A stretch of DNA of 64,000 bases, taken from a virus (Duplodnaviria; Caudoviricetes). The DNA lies in the IMG/VR virus record IMGVR_UViG_2912464834_000002; one strand, 5' to 3'. The translations under genes and the position numbers were made by a program. Positions 1 through 10,558 of the stretch are shown one piece after another. Each line of letters begins with the position of its first letter. Position 1 is the first letter of the stretch. Below the pieces are notes generated by a model. The model worked only from the letters and a program-made list of their open reading frames with translations. It did not search any database and had not been told where the DNA came from.

Positions 1-2
1 CG

Positions 3-134
3 CCCGAGGGCATCACGGTGGACGACTTCGACCTGTACTGGCATCGACGCATCGCTGATGGCGATGCGCGAATCGTCGAGCCCCAGGCGCCCGCGGCGGC
101 GAAGGTGGCAAAAATCGAAAAGGGTGATCAATGA
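3..134 (+). CDS. DUF2635-like small tail protein (3' part only)
   Basis: Frame 3 reads PEGITVDDFDLYWHRRIADGD...; stop overlaps the sheath ATG (ATGA). Confidence 0.7.
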   Translation, partial: PEGITVDDFDLYWHRRIADGDARIVEPQAPAAAKVAKIEKGDQ

Positions 135-1633
135 CCATCTCGTTTCCGAACGTTCCGCAGAACCTGCGCGTACCGCTGTTCTATGCGGACATCGATCCCC
201 GCAACGCAAATACCGGTCAGCCGACACTGCGCGCACTGATCATCGGTCAGATGACCAGTGCCGGCTCGGCGACGCCGAATGTCCCGCTGATCAGCCAGGG
301 TGTGTCCGACGCGAAGGCCGTCGGCGGCCAAGGGTCCATGTTGGCTCTGATGACGGCGGCCTATCGAGCGCGTGATCAATTCGGCGAGGTCTGGTATCTC
401 CCGCTCGCAGACGACCCAGCTGCGGTAGCGGCAGTCGGCTCGCTCAATTTCACGGCAGCGGCGACTGCCGCAGGTGTGTTGTCGCTGTATATCGCGGGCA
501 CCCGCGTCTCGCTGAACGTATCAACGTCGCAGACGCCCGCGCAACTCGCGACGGCGCTGGCCGCCGCAGTCAACGCCGTCGGTGACCTCCCGGTTACAGC
601 TGCCGTCGACGGAACGACGACGAGCAAGGTCAATTTCACGGCCAAGAACAAGGGCGCCGGTGGGAACGACATCGACCTGCGGCTGAACTACCTCGGCACT
701 GCCGGCGGAGAGGCGACTCCGGCCGGCATGACCGTCGCAATCGTCGCGATGGCTAGTGGAGCGACGAATCCGTCGCTCACGGCCGCGCTTGCGAACCTGG
801 GCGACAAGACATTCGACTTCATCGCGCTCCCGTACAACGACACCATGTCGCTGAATGCGATCAAGTCGTTCCTGAGCACGCAGACGGGCCGGTGGAGCTG
901 GGCGCAACAGCTCTATGGCGGCGCATATGGCGCGTATCGCGGCACGCTCGCGTCGTGCCAAACGTTCGGCGCGACGCGGAACGATGAGCATGTGTCGATC
1001 ACAGGCTTCAACGATTCGCCGACGCCGAACTGGATCTGGGCGGCTGACATCACGGCGGCCGTCGCTGTTTCGGCTCAAGCGGACCCGGCTCAGCCGTTGC
1101 AGACCGTCACGCTCGCGACCGCTCTGGCGCCGCCGGTGCAGTCCCGGTTCCAGCTGACGGATCGCAATACGCTGCTGTACACGGGCATCAGCACATTCAC
1201 GGTGGCGGATGACGGCACCGTCGCGATCGAGAACCTGATCACGACGTACCAGACGAACAGTTTCGGGCAGCCCGACAACAGCTACCTCGAGGTCGAGACG
1301 ATGAACACACTGGCGTATGTGCTGCGTCGGCTGAAATCGGTCGTCACGACAAAGTATGCCCGCGTGAAGCTGGCGGCGAACGGGACGCGGCTCACGGCCG
1401 GGAACAACGTCGTCACGCCGAACATGATCCGTGCGGACTTGATCGCCGACTACAAGGCGATGGAGGAAAGCGGATATGTCCAGGGTAGTGCGCAGTTCGC
1501 GCAGGGGCTCATCGTGCAGCAGAACGCCACGAACCCGAATCGCGTCGATGTGCTGTATCCGGCCGTGCTGATCGATCAGCTCCGGATCTTCGCGCTACTC
1601 ATGCAGTTCAGCAATCAGGTCGCTGCGGCCTGA
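131..1633 (+). CDS. Tail sheath protein (Mu gpL-like)
   Basis: 500 aa, N-terminus ISFPNVPQNLRVPLFYA, C-terminus NPNRVDVLYP..LIDQLRIFA. Confidence 0.92.
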   Translation: MTISFPNVPQNLRVPLFYADIDPRNANTGQPTLRALIIGQMTSAGSATPNVPLISQGVSDAKAVGGQGSMLALMTAAYRARDQFGEVWYLPLADDPAAVAAVGSLNFTAAATAAGVLSLYIAGTRVSLNVSTSQTPAQLATALAAAVNAVGDLPVTAAVDGTTTSKVNFTAKNKGAGGNDIDLRLNYLGTAGGEATPAGMTVAIVAMASGATNPSLTAALANLGDKTFDFIALPYNDTMSLNAIKSFLSTQTGRWSWAQQLYGGAYGAYRGTLASCQTFGATRNDEHVSITGFNDSPTPNWIWAADITAAVAVSAQADPAQPLQTVTLATALAPPVQSRFQLTDRNTLLYTGISTFTVADDGTVAIENLITTYQTNSFGQPDNSYLEVETMNTLAYVLRRLKSVVTTKYARVKLAANGTRLTAGNNVVTPNMIRADLIADYKAMEESGYVQGSAQFAQGLIVQQNATNPNRVDVLYPAVLIDQLRIFALLMQFSNQVAAA

Positions 1634-1653
1634 TCACGGTAGCGATGTCCACG

Positions 1654-1677
1654 AAGGCGCCCTAGGGCGCCTTTTTT
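1654..1677 (+). terminator. Intrinsic terminator-like hairpin
   Basis: AAGGCGCCCTAGGGCGCC followed by T6. Confidence 0.7.
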
Positions 1678-1696
1678 CATTTCAGGAGGGCATTCG

Positions 1697-2068
1697 ATGC
1701 CTAGCAATCTGCTCGCTGGCACGGCGTCCGTGTCCGTCGACGGCCAGACCTACATGGTGTCGGCGAACTTCAAGTACAGCCCGGGCAAGAAGACGCGCGA
1801 ATCGCTCACGGGCATGGACGGCGTGCATGGCTACAAGGAAAAGTGGCGTGCTCCGTCGATCGCCATGCAGATGCGCGACTGGGGCGGCTTGACGGTCGAG
1901 AACGTCAACAGCATGACGAACGTGACGGTCGTCGCTGAGCTCGCGAACGGCAAGACGATCATCGGCCGGAACATGTGGTCGGTCGAAGATCAAGAGGTGG
2001 ACTCCGAAGACGCCGTGTTCGACGTCAAGTTCGAGGGTCCGGAAGTCACCGAAACGACGACGAACTGA
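1697..2068 (+). CDS. Tail tube protein (Mu gpM-like)
   Basis: 123 aa after the sheath, GMDGVHGYKE motif, AGGAGG RBS. Confidence 0.88.
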   Translation: MPSNLLAGTASVSVDGQTYMVSANFKYSPGKKTRESLTGMDGVHGYKEKWRAPSIAMQMRDWGGLTVENVNSMTNVTVVAELANGKTIIGRNMWSVEDQEVDSEDAVFDVKFEGPEVTETTTN

Positions 2069-2070
2069 AC

Positions 2071-2358
2071 ATGAGCGATCACGACAACACTGCGCCGGCC
2101 GCGCCCGAGCATCCTGAAACCCTCACTCTCATGCTGCGCAAGCCGATTCAGATGAAGGGTGACTCGGTCGCATATTCGCATCTCGAGCTGCGTGAGCCGA
2201 CCGTCGACGAGCTCGATCGTTCGCTGAAAGCCGGCGAAACATCGCTCGCCACCAATGCAGCACTCATCGCGTTCATCACAGGGATTCCCGTGCAAGCGGT
2301 GCGCACGCTCGGGAAGCGCGATTACGAGGAGGCGGTCACGTACCTCCAGGGTTTTTGA
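2071..2358 (+). CDS. Tail assembly chaperone
   Basis: LELREPTV motif; between tube and tape measure; ends in GGGTTTT slippery site. Confidence 0.85.
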   Translation: MSDHDNTAPAAPEHPETLTLMLRKPIQMKGDSVAYSHLELREPTVDELDRSLKAGETSLATNAALIAFITGIPVQAVRTLGKRDYEEAVTYLQGF

Positions 2359-2507
2359 CCGCGTGGCCCGTCGGTTGGCGTGGGCTGGTCGCCGAGGTCA
2401 CGAAGTACTACCACTGGGGGCCGGAGGATGCGTGGCGCCTCAAATTGAGCCGCTTTCTCTACTGGTATGAGGAGGCGAAGCGATTGAAAGACATGGGAGT
2501 TAGTTGA
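2349..2507 (+). CDS. -1 frameshift extension of the tail chaperone (P2 gpE'-like)
   Basis: G GGT TTT at 2349-2355; the -1 frame reads LTAWPVGWRGLVAEVTKYYHWGPEDAWRLKLSRFLYWYEEAKR to TGA at 2505-2507. Confidence 0.75.
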   Translation, partial: GFLTAWPVGWRGLVAEVTKYYHWGPEDAWRLKLSRFLYWYEEAKRLKDMGVS

Positions 2508-4261
2508 TGGCGGCGCCGGTCTTTCAGATCACGATCGATGCGGTGGATAAGGCGACGGCGGTCGCCAAGCGCGTCAACGAGTCCATCGCAAAGATTACGA
2601 AGCCGATCGCAGACGTTAAGTCGTCAGTGGCCGGCTTCAATAAGGAAACCGGTCTCGACCAGCTCGGCAAGAAATTCGAATCTGTCGGAAAGTCAGCGCA
2701 GACGGTCGCGCGCAGCGTCGCATCGATTGCGCCGCCGCTCGCGGCGATCGTGGGCGTTGGGAGCGTGGCTGGGATCGCGGCATTTGCGACGAGCTGGGGC
2801 CGTGCTGCAGCCGAGATTGCCAATACCTCGAGCATGATCGGCGTTACGACGACCGACTTGCAACGCTATCGGGGCGCCGCTCGCGTAGCGGGGCTATCTG
2901 CCGACGCAATGACGAGCAGCATGCAGTCGCTCGGCGACGCGTTCGAGGATGCATCAGCGGGCCGGAACAACTTCGTTGCCGGCGTGCTCTCCGACAAGGG
3001 GATCGGCATCCATCGCCTGAAGGACGGCACGATTGATGTCGTGCGTGGCCTTCATGACATCGCGGGCGCGGCCTCGAAGATCACGAACACACAGGCGCAG
3101 CGGAAGTTTCTCGACATTTTCGGGCTCGGCGGTATCCAGGCGATGATTCGCCGCGGCACTATCGACCAGTTCGTTGCGAAGTTCGACGAATTGCACGCGA
3201 CGATGTCGCCCGAGCAGATTGCACAGGGCGAGAAATTTAACCAGTCCATGATCGCGCTCGATGCGTCGGTCGACAAACTGAAAAATTCGATCGGATCGGC
3301 TCTCGCGCCGGCGCTTGGCCGAGCTGTCGACGAGTTCGCACGTCTTGCTGACGATTACGGCCCGAAGATCGCGCATTGGATCGACAACGTCGACTGGGAC
3401 AAGACCGCGAAATCGGTCGCGGGTGTTGGCGAGGCCCTCGGAGGCGTCAAGGGCATCGCGCTGGGAATCGCCGCTGTCACGTTCGCAGGACCGATCGCTG
3501 GGTTGGCGACCCTTGTGGGGAAGGCAACTGCGCTTTCAGGCATCTTGATGCCGTTGGCCGCGAACCCGATCGTCGCCGGCGCGCTGGGGCTGCTCTATAG
3601 CCAGGGCTTGAATAAAGGCGAGGGCGATACGCGGCTGACGCAGCCTGGCGACGTATGGGACGGCGATCCGATAGGAGCGCGCCGTCGCGGAGGAGCCGCT
3701 GCAGATTCGAAAACTGCCGATGTAGTCAATTCCCTGATGTTGAAGGGATGGAGTAGGAAGCAGGCTGCCGGTATCGCCGCGAATCTCTGGTCAGAAAGTA
3801 TGTACAACCCGGGAGCCATCGGAGATGGCGGGAAGGCATACGGGATCGCGCAATGGCATGCAGATCGACAGGATGCATTCAAGAAGCTGTTCGGTATCGA
3901 CATCCGGAAATCGACTCTCGATCAGCAGCTTCAGTTTGTTGATTACGAGCTACGGAGCGGAAGCGACAGAGGGGCGCGTCAGGCTGGAAATGCGCTGATG
4001 GGCGTCGACAACGCGGCTCAGGCCGGCGCGATCGTATCTCGCCTCTACGAGAGGCCGGCCGACGCGGATGGCGAGGCGTCGAAGCGAGCGCAGGCGGCTG
4101 ATTCGATCGATTCGTCGGCCCGCAAGAATTACGGAACGCAGAAGCTCGAGGTCACGATCCATATGCCGGGGGCGCCGCATGGTACCCGCGCGAGCGTGCA
4201 CTCGAACGGCGAGGTTATGGCGACCGGCCAGATCGGTCATTCTTTGTTGATGGGGCCATAA
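2507..4261 (+). CDS. Tape measure protein with C-terminal phage tail lysozyme domain
   Basis: Ala-rich helical protein; QAAGIAANLWSES...AYGIAQWH motif. Confidence 0.88.
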   Translation: MAAPVFQITIDAVDKATAVAKRVNESIAKITKPIADVKSSVAGFNKETGLDQLGKKFESVGKSAQTVARSVASIAPPLAAIVGVGSVAGIAAFATSWGRAAAEIANTSSMIGVTTTDLQRYRGAARVAGLSADAMTSSMQSLGDAFEDASAGRNNFVAGVLSDKGIGIHRLKDGTIDVVRGLHDIAGAASKITNTQAQRKFLDIFGLGGIQAMIRRGTIDQFVAKFDELHATMSPEQIAQGEKFNQSMIALDASVDKLKNSIGSALAPALGRAVDEFARLADDYGPKIAHWIDNVDWDKTAKSVAGVGEALGGVKGIALGIAAVTFAGPIAGLATLVGKATALSGILMPLAANPIVAGALGLLYSQGLNKGEGDTRLTQPGDVWDGDPIGARRRGGAAADSKTADVVNSLMLKGWSRKQAAGIAANLWSESMYNPGAIGDGGKAYGIAQWHADRQDAFKKLFGIDIRKSTLDQQLQFVDYELRSGSDRGARQAGNALMGVDNAAQAGAIVSRLYERPADADGEASKRAQAADSIDSSARKNYGTQKLEVTIHMPGAPHGTRASVHSNGEVMATGQIGHSLLMGP

Positions 4262-4264
4262 GAT

Positions 4265-5722
4265 ATGAGCATCACGACGGGTGTGGTGATCGCTGGCAGC
4301 ATCGGCGGGGTTGCTGCGTCAGCTTCGGATCTCGTGAGCGGGGTTTCGAGCGTCGTCAACGGCGTGTCGAACCTGCTTTCTGGGAACTGGCAAAGCCTGA
4401 TGCGCGGGGCCTCGTACGGGGGTGTTCCGTTCGCGGTAGAGGCTGCGCGCACGGCCGGCGGTCGGCGCAATGCAGTCCACGATTACCCGTATCGCGATGA
4501 GGTTTGGGTCGAGGATCTCGGCAAGCTCCCTCGCCAGTTCAACCTGGTCGGATTTCTGGTCGAAGACAGCCTCATCTACGGCGGTGGCTCGGTCATCGGT
4601 CAGCGCGATCGCATGTTCAATGTCTGTGAGGCGGCTGGACCACAGACTCTCGTGCATCCGACGTTTGGCACCATCGAGAACGTGAATTGCCTGAATGTCG
4701 AATTCATGGAGCGCAAGGATCTCGGTCGGGTGGTAGAGGTGATGTTCACCTTCATTCGGACCGGCCTGAGAATCTATCCGAAAGCGGTAGATTCGACGCA
4801 GGATGTAGTTTCGGCGGCAGCCGAGGCATTGAACGCTTCTTCGCTTCTCGATTTCATCAAGAACACGGCGTCCGCCATTCAGGCGGGGGCTGCTGTCGTT
4901 CAATCTGCTGTTTCGGCTGCCGTCGGGATCTACCAGCTTGGCGTGACGGCGGTGAACGACGTAAAGCGGTTCCTCGGCGCGGTCTCGACGCTCTCCGGGA
5001 ATTTCGGTCGGCTGTTTGGCGGTGGAAATTCCGGCTACCTCGGATCAAACCAGAAGGCGCCGGCCGGCACGACAGTATCGATGCTGATTAAGAACGATAC
5101 GGCATTGCGATCGGCAGTGAACTCAACCGGGACGGCCCTTCAGGCAGCTGCAGCGTCGGTCGTAGATACGGCGTCGTTTTCGGCCGCCGCGGTGTCGTTT
5201 GTTCAGGCCGTGGCCGCATCAGCTTCTGATCCGGCAGATGCGATCCGTATGCTTGCGAGCATGGCGACGTACTCGCCGGCCGGCATTACCTCGTCATCTG
5301 CTATCGGAAGCGCGATGGCAGTGATGCAGACAGCATGCGGCGCGCTTTTCCGGCGCGCCGTGCTGGCTCAGCTTGCGAAGACTGTCACGGCATATCAGCC
5401 GGCATCTCAGCAGGATGCGCAGGCACTTACTGCAAGCGTGACTGCGATGCTCGATGCCGAGATCGAGATCGCGGGAGATGCTGGGGACGATTCGAGTTAT
5501 GCGGCGCTTCGGGCGCTTCGGCAGGCGGTCGTTGCTGATCTTCAGGCTCGAAGTGCAGGAATAGCGCCGGCGACGACGTTCAATTTCGCGGCTCCGCTGC
5601 CGGCCCTTGTGCTTGCGAATCGCATTTATCGAGACTCGACCCGATCCGATGGACTCGTTCAACAGGCGGATGCAGTACATCCTGCTTTCTTACCTACTTC
5701 GTTTCAGGCGCTCGCGACGTAA
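4265..5722 (+). CDS. Mu gpN-like DNA circularization/tail protein
   Basis: ASYGGVPF...GGRR..VHDYPYRD..WVEDLG; LVHPTFG. Confidence 0.88.
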   Translation: MSITTGVVIAGSIGGVAASASDLVSGVSSVVNGVSNLLSGNWQSLMRGASYGGVPFAVEAARTAGGRRNAVHDYPYRDEVWVEDLGKLPRQFNLVGFLVEDSLIYGGGSVIGQRDRMFNVCEAAGPQTLVHPTFGTIENVNCLNVEFMERKDLGRVVEVMFTFIRTGLRIYPKAVDSTQDVVSAAAEALNASSLLDFIKNTASAIQAGAAVVQSAVSAAVGIYQLGVTAVNDVKRFLGAVSTLSGNFGRLFGGGNSGYLGSNQKAPAGTTVSMLIKNDTALRSAVNSTGTALQAAAASVVDTASFSAAAVSFVQAVAASASDPADAIRMLASMATYSPAGITSSSAIGSAMAVMQTACGALFRRAVLAQLAKTVTAYQPASQQDAQALTASVTAMLDAEIEIAGDAGDDSSYAALRALRQAVVADLQARSAGIAPATTFNFAAPLPALVLANRIYRDSTRSDGLVQQADAVHPAFLPTSFQALAT

Positions 5723-5725
5723 TCC

Positions 5726-6808
5726 ATGGATGACGAACTCTCCCTGAGTATCGGCGGTCAGTCGATCTCGGGGTGGACCAACGTGCGCGTTACAAGAGGA
5801 ATTGAACGCCTGCCAAGTGACTTTGAGCTGGGTCTCACCGAACTTTATCCCGGCCAGCTCGACCGGGTCGTCGTGCAACCTGGCGACGAATGCATCGTGA
5901 AGATCGGGGCGGACGTCGTGCTCACCGGTTATGTCGATCGTTACGTGCCGTCAATGGACGCGCATAGTCACACGATTCGCGTCGCTGGGCGCGGGAAATG
6001 CCAGGATCTTGTCGATTGCGCCGCGTTCTGGCCGAATGGCCAGATCAGCGGGACGTCGGCGCTCGATGTCGCGTCGAAAATCGCTTCGCACTATGGGATC
6101 ACGGTTTCATGCGATGTCGAGGATCTGCGAGCAATCCCGCAGTTCAATCTGTTTCTCGGCGAGTCGTGCTACGAGATCATCGAGCGCATCAGCCGATACA
6201 GCTCGCTCCTCGTGTATGACGCGCCGGATGGGAATCTGGTTCTCGCGCAGGCCGGCACAGTCAATGCGGCGAGCGGGTTTCAGCAGGGTGTCAATGTGCA
6301 GGCCGCGACGGTTCAATATTCGGCAGATCAGCGGTTCCAGACATATACGGCGTTCACGCAGTCGGTGCAGATGTATTCAGACATTGGCGTGGCAGGCAAT
6401 GTGATCGCAACCGCGACCGATGCAGGCGTGAAGCGACCGCGCGAACGCGTGATCATCGCCGAGGCGGTTCAGGGCTTCCAGGATCTCGCGAAGCAGCGAG
6501 CAATCTGGGAAATGAATCGGCGGATCGGACGCGCCGCAGTCGTGACCCTCACGACCGATTCATGGCGCGACTCCGCTGGCACGCTTTGGACACCGAACAC
6601 GCTGGTGCCGATTCTATTGCCGCAGTTGAAGCTGGCCGACGAGTCGGGGACCGGCCCGGTGACGTGGTTGATCGGCGAAGTGACGTATCAGCGGAATCTG
6701 CAATCCGGCACGACCGCCACGATCACGGCAATGCGCCCGGAAGCATATCTTCCCGAGCCTACGGCTCTCCAACCGATGTTTGTCGACGGCAGCACCAATC
6801 CTCAATGA
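5726..6808 (+). CDS. Baseplate hub (Mu gpP/gp44-like)
   Basis: GWTNVRVTRGIE, GR.K..DLVDCA motifs; synteny. Confidence 0.85.
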   Translation: MDDELSLSIGGQSISGWTNVRVTRGIERLPSDFELGLTELYPGQLDRVVVQPGDECIVKIGADVVLTGYVDRYVPSMDAHSHTIRVAGRGKCQDLVDCAAFWPNGQISGTSALDVASKIASHYGITVSCDVEDLRAIPQFNLFLGESCYEIIERISRYSSLLVYDAPDGNLVLAQAGTVNAASGFQQGVNVQAATVQYSADQRFQTYTAFTQSVQMYSDIGVAGNVIATATDAGVKRPRERVIIAEAVQGFQDLAKQRAIWEMNRRIGRAAVVTLTTDSWRDSAGTLWTPNTLVPILLPQLKLADESGTGPVTWLIGEVTYQRNLQSGTTATITAMRPEAYLPEPTALQPMFVDGSTNPQ

Positions 6809-7407
6809 GCGATCAAGCGAACGGAGTGACTGCGCGTATTGCGCGGTTCATCACTGTGGTCACGGGATGGGGGCGCGTAACGCATCAGAACGACTCGGGC
6901 GGTGCGCAGCTTCTTCAAGTGCAGGTGAATTCCAGGGAGACGATCGACAATTTGCCTCGCAGTGCTGAATTCGGGCTGACCAGTGTCCCGCCGAACGGGT
7001 CCGACGTGACGATGCTCAATCTCGGCGGCGGTCGAAACAATGCAGTGATCGTCGGCACTAATCATCAACCATCGAGGCCCCGCAACTTGCAAGCTGGTGA
7101 AACGATGCTGTACAGCCAGGATGGCAAGAGTGTGTATCTCACCGCCAGTGGTGGTGTTGTCGTCGAGGCTAAAGGGCAGGCAGTCACAGTCAACGATGCA
7201 TCGACCGTCACGATCAATGCAGCCACGAAGGTGCGCATGGTGACGCCGCTGTTTGAATGCACTGGTGACATCGTCGACAACTGCGATACGACCGGCAGGA
7301 GCATGGCCGCCGATCGCGTGATCTTTGATGGGCACGACCACGACGTAACCAATGTCCAGGGCGGTCTCGATACCAGGACAACGAACTCGCCGAACCAGAC
7401 CGAATGA
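6805..7407 (+). CDS. Baseplate spike (Mu gp45-like)
   Basis: EFGLTSVPP motif, C-terminal HDH metal-binding motif; start re-called at ATG 6805. Confidence 0.85.
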   Translation: MSDQANGVTARIARFITVVTGWGRVTHQNDSGGAQLLQVQVNSRETIDNLPRSAEFGLTSVPPNGSDVTMLNLGGGRNNAVIVGTNHQPSRPRNLQAGETMLYSQDGKSVYLTASGGVVVEAKGQAVTVNDASTVTINAATKVRMVTPLFECTGDIVDNCDTTGRSMAADRVIFDGHDHDVTNVQGGLDTRTTNSPNQTE

Positions 7408-7853
7408 ACCCGACAGACATCCAGATTTTCTGGGACGCGGCCAACAATCGAGGCGACTGGGCGACGCTAGGTCCGGTACTTGCGACCGGCAACGACCTTG
7501 AGACAGCGATTATCGTAAGCCTCTTCACGGATCGCATGGCGGCGCCGGATGACGTGATTCCAGATGGCTCCGGTGACCCTCGGGGATGGTGGGGTGACGA
7601 TGCAACGAGCCCGATCGGTTCTCGTCTTTGGCTTCTTCGTCGCTCAAAGCAGACGACGGAAACGTTGCAGCGTGCATACGACTACATCGCAGAGGCTTTG
7701 CAGTGGCTGATCGACGATGGCGTCGTGGCCAAGTTCGACATCATGGTCGAGTGGACGCGGACCAGTTTTCTCGGCGCGAAGGTCATTGCCTATCAGAAGG
7801 ATGGGACGAAAGTCTCGCTTGCCTATTCGTGGGCTTGGAACGGAAATTCATAA
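7404..7853 (+). CDS. Mu gp46-like baseplate protein
   Basis: SLFTDR..RGWWGD..IGSRLWLL motifs. Confidence 0.9.
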   Translation: MNPTDIQIFWDAANNRGDWATLGPVLATGNDLETAIIVSLFTDRMAAPDDVIPDGSGDPRGWWGDDATSPIGSRLWLLRRSKQTTETLQRAYDYIAEALQWLIDDGVVAKFDIMVEWTRTSFLGAKVIAYQKDGTKVSLAYSWAWNGNS

Positions 7854-8966
7854 ATGCCATTCTCGCGACCGACACTCTCGGATTTGAAAGCACAGGTTGC
7901 GGCCGACGTTCAGGCGAACCTGCAGGGCGTCAGTGCGCTGTTGCGGAACAGCGTCCTGCGCGTCATCACGGTAGTTCAGGCCGGCCTTGCATACCTGCAT
8001 TACGGTTATCTCGATTGGATTGCCAAGCAGGCGGTTCCGTGGACCGCGACTGATGAATATCTCGTTGGCTGGGGTGCTCTCAAGAACGTCTACCAGAAGG
8101 GAGCTACTCCAGCATCTGGGGTGGCTGCATTTTTGGGGGCCGTCGGCACGACGATTGCATCGGGAACGACGGTCGTTCGTGGGGACAGCAGGACATACAT
8201 AGTTCAATCGTCAGCAACGGTGGGAAACGGCGGTTCAGTAGTGGTTTCTGTGCTGGATTCTCTGCCTGGTGCCGCGGGTAATTGCGACGCCGGGACGGTG
8301 TTGTCCCTCGGAACCGCAATTCCTGGTATCCAGTCATCTGGCGTGGCAGCAGTCGATTTTATTGGTGGCGCTGATGTGGAAGGTGATGATGTGTTCCGCT
8401 CGCGCGTGATCGCTGCTTTTCAGGCGAGTCCGCAGGGCGGCGACCAGAACGATTACATCTTATGGGCCACCGCGATTCCTGGGGTTTCGCGCGCATGGTG
8501 CCTGCCTAACGGCTTCGGGCCTGGCACTGTCGTCGTCTATTTCATGATGGACGAGGCAGAGTCTGCTCATTCTGGCTTCCCTCAAGGAACCAATGGAGTC
8601 GCGGCGAGCGAGACGCGCACCGTAATCAAGGCGACAGGAGATCAACTGACGGTCGCAAATGCGATCTACCAGTTGCAACCTGTCACCGCGCTGGTCTATG
8701 CGTGCGCGCCGCTTGCGAACCCGGTCAATTTTTCGATTTCTGGCCTCTCAACTGCATCAAGCGCGACGCAGTCAGCTGTTGAGGCGGCCATTGCCGACGT
8801 ATTTCTGAGAAAAGGTGCTCCCGGCGGGACGGTAGATATTTCCGACATCAACTCGGGGATCGATGCAGTGCCTGGCACTTCTGGATTTGTGATAACTGCG
8901 CCGATTGGAAATATCGTAAGCGCAGCCGGGTACTTGCCTACGGTTGGCACCGTTACTTTTAGCTAA
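7854..8966 (+). CDS. Baseplate J / Mu gp47-like wedge protein
   Basis: GGADVE, PQGG..DY..WA..IPGVSRAW. Confidence 0.9.
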   Translation: MPFSRPTLSDLKAQVAADVQANLQGVSALLRNSVLRVITVVQAGLAYLHYGYLDWIAKQAVPWTATDEYLVGWGALKNVYQKGATPASGVAAFLGAVGTTIASGTTVVRGDSRTYIVQSSATVGNGGSVVVSVLDSLPGAAGNCDAGTVLSLGTAIPGIQSSGVAAVDFIGGADVEGDDVFRSRVIAAFQASPQGGDQNDYILWATAIPGVSRAWCLPNGFGPGTVVVYFMMDEAESAHSGFPQGTNGVAASETRTVIKATGDQLTVANAIYQLQPVTALVYACAPLANPVNFSISGLSTASSATQSAVEAAIADVFLRKGAPGGTVDISDINSGIDAVPGTSGFVITAPIGNIVSAAGYLPTVGTVTFS

Positions 8967-8977
8967 GGGGGGGCTAT

Positions 8978-9619
8978 ATGGCTGCCCCGACACTGCTCGC
9001 CGCAAATTTTCTGAGTGCGATCCAAGCGCTCCTCCCTCGCGGTCAAGTGTGGCCGCGTGATCCGGATGCAGTACAGACCAAGGCGCTTTCTGGACTTGCT
9101 CCGTCGTATGAGCGAAACACCGCGCGCGCGAATTATCTGCTCGCCGACGCATTTCCAGCGACGGCGCTTGAACTTCTCCCCGAATGGGAGGCGTCCCTGG
9201 GGCTTCCGGATCCATGTGCTGGATCTGCGCCGACATTGCAGCAGCGCCGTGCTCAAGTGGTTGCACGCTTAGCAAACAGTGGCGGCCAATCGATTCAGTT
9301 CTATATCGATTTTGCCAAGAGTCTTGGATTTGACGTCACCGTTACCCAGTTCACCCCCTTTCGCGTTGGGCAGAACAGCGCTGGTGATGCCGTCAATTCA
9401 GAGGCATGGGCGCACACGTGGCGTGTGAATGCGCCCGCTGTAACGGTCAGCTATTTCAGAGCGGGTCAGTCTGCCGCTGGAGAGCCGCTGGCTGTTTGGG
9501 GAAATTCGGTGTTGGCGTGTGAGATGCGATCGATCAAGCCGGCGCATACGCAGGTGATTGTTGCAAACCCGGGATTTCTCGGGCAGTCATTCGTTTTGGA
9601 TATTTCTACGCTTTCCTAA
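8978..9619 (+). CDS. Mu gp48/YmfQ (DUF2313)-like baseplate protein
   Basis: LLPRG..W, LLPEWE..LGLPD, KPAHT. Confidence 0.88.
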   Translation: MAAPTLLAANFLSAIQALLPRGQVWPRDPDAVQTKALSGLAPSYERNTARANYLLADAFPATALELLPEWEASLGLPDPCAGSAPTLQQRRAQVVARLANSGGQSIQFYIDFAKSLGFDVTVTQFTPFRVGQNSAGDAVNSEAWAHTWRVNAPAVTVSYFRAGQSAAGEPLAVWGNSVLACEMRSIKPAHTQVIVANPGFLGQSFVLDISTLS

Positions 9620-9631
9620 TCCGGGTGGGGC

Positions 9632-10543
9632 ATGTTTCGTACAGATCAACAAACTGCGGTTTCTTCAATCCCGGCTCCGGCCCCTGCGGGCACGGGCGGT
9701 TACTTCACTGGAGGCAATCCAGCGACGGGCCAGCCTGCTACGATCCTGGATGCGGACTGGCTGAACATGGTCCAAGAAGAGCTGATGAGCATCCTCGCGG
9801 CGGCCGGGATTGCGCCGAGCAAGACCACATATACGCAGGTGCTGTCGGCAATTCGGATTCTTCTGGGTCAAGTTCAGCAATCCCAGATTTACCGGGTCGT
9901 TCAAAAGTCGGCGAACTATGCCGTACAACCTTCGGACGCTGGGACGATGTTTTATGCGAGTGCGGCGCTGACCTATCAGTTGCCGGATGCCGCAACCGCT
10001 GTTGGCTCGGTATTCGGTTTCATGAATCAGGCCGGGCATATTCCGACCCTGCAGACGTCTGTTGCGGGACAGACGATTCAGGGCGAGAACCTTCTGGGCG
10101 CGGCATCGCTTTCGCTGGCCAAGCAAGGTTCGATGTGTATCGTAATGTCGGACGGCTCGAATTATATTCCTCTGTCCGCATCTCCAGCGATTTGGTCCCC
10201 GAAAGTTGCGCCTGCATATAACGGAACCTCGATCAATGCGCCCGCCGCAAGTACCACATACACGACGACGGTCACGTTCACGGCGCCGAGCAATGGCATT
10301 GTCGTGGCGACCGGTTCGGTGAACGTCTCCGGAACTTCTGCATCGGTGTTGAACGGCGCTCTGTTGATCAACGGGACGAACACCTCCAATGACTCAACGA
10401 TCTCCTCGCAATCGCACATGGGGTGCGCACCGATCCTCGCCGGCCAAACGGTGACCGTGACCCTGCAAATGATGACGCAATCCACTGCGCCGGGCGTAGC
10501 GATGGGAATGCACGTGCAGGCAATGTTCGTTCCGAATCCCTGA
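9632..10543 (+). CDS. Tail fibre protein
   Basis: N-terminus GYFTGGNPATGQPAT..ADWLNMVQEEL typical of Mu-like fibres; C-terminus homologous to 57950-58630. Confidence 0.85.
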   Translation: MFRTDQQTAVSSIPAPAPAGTGGYFTGGNPATGQPATILDADWLNMVQEELMSILAAAGIAPSKTTYTQVLSAIRILLGQVQQSQIYRVVQKSANYAVQPSDAGTMFYASAALTYQLPDAATAVGSVFGFMNQAGHIPTLQTSVAGQTIQGENLLGAASLSLAKQGSMCIVMSDGSNYIPLSASPAIWSPKVAPAYNGTSINAPAASTTYTTTVTFTAPSNGIVVATGSVNVSGTSASVLNGALLINGTNTSNDSTISSQSHMGCAPILAGQTVTVTLQMMTQSTAPGVAMGMHVQAMFVPNP

Positions 10544-10558
10544 TTTTGAGGCAGTCCA

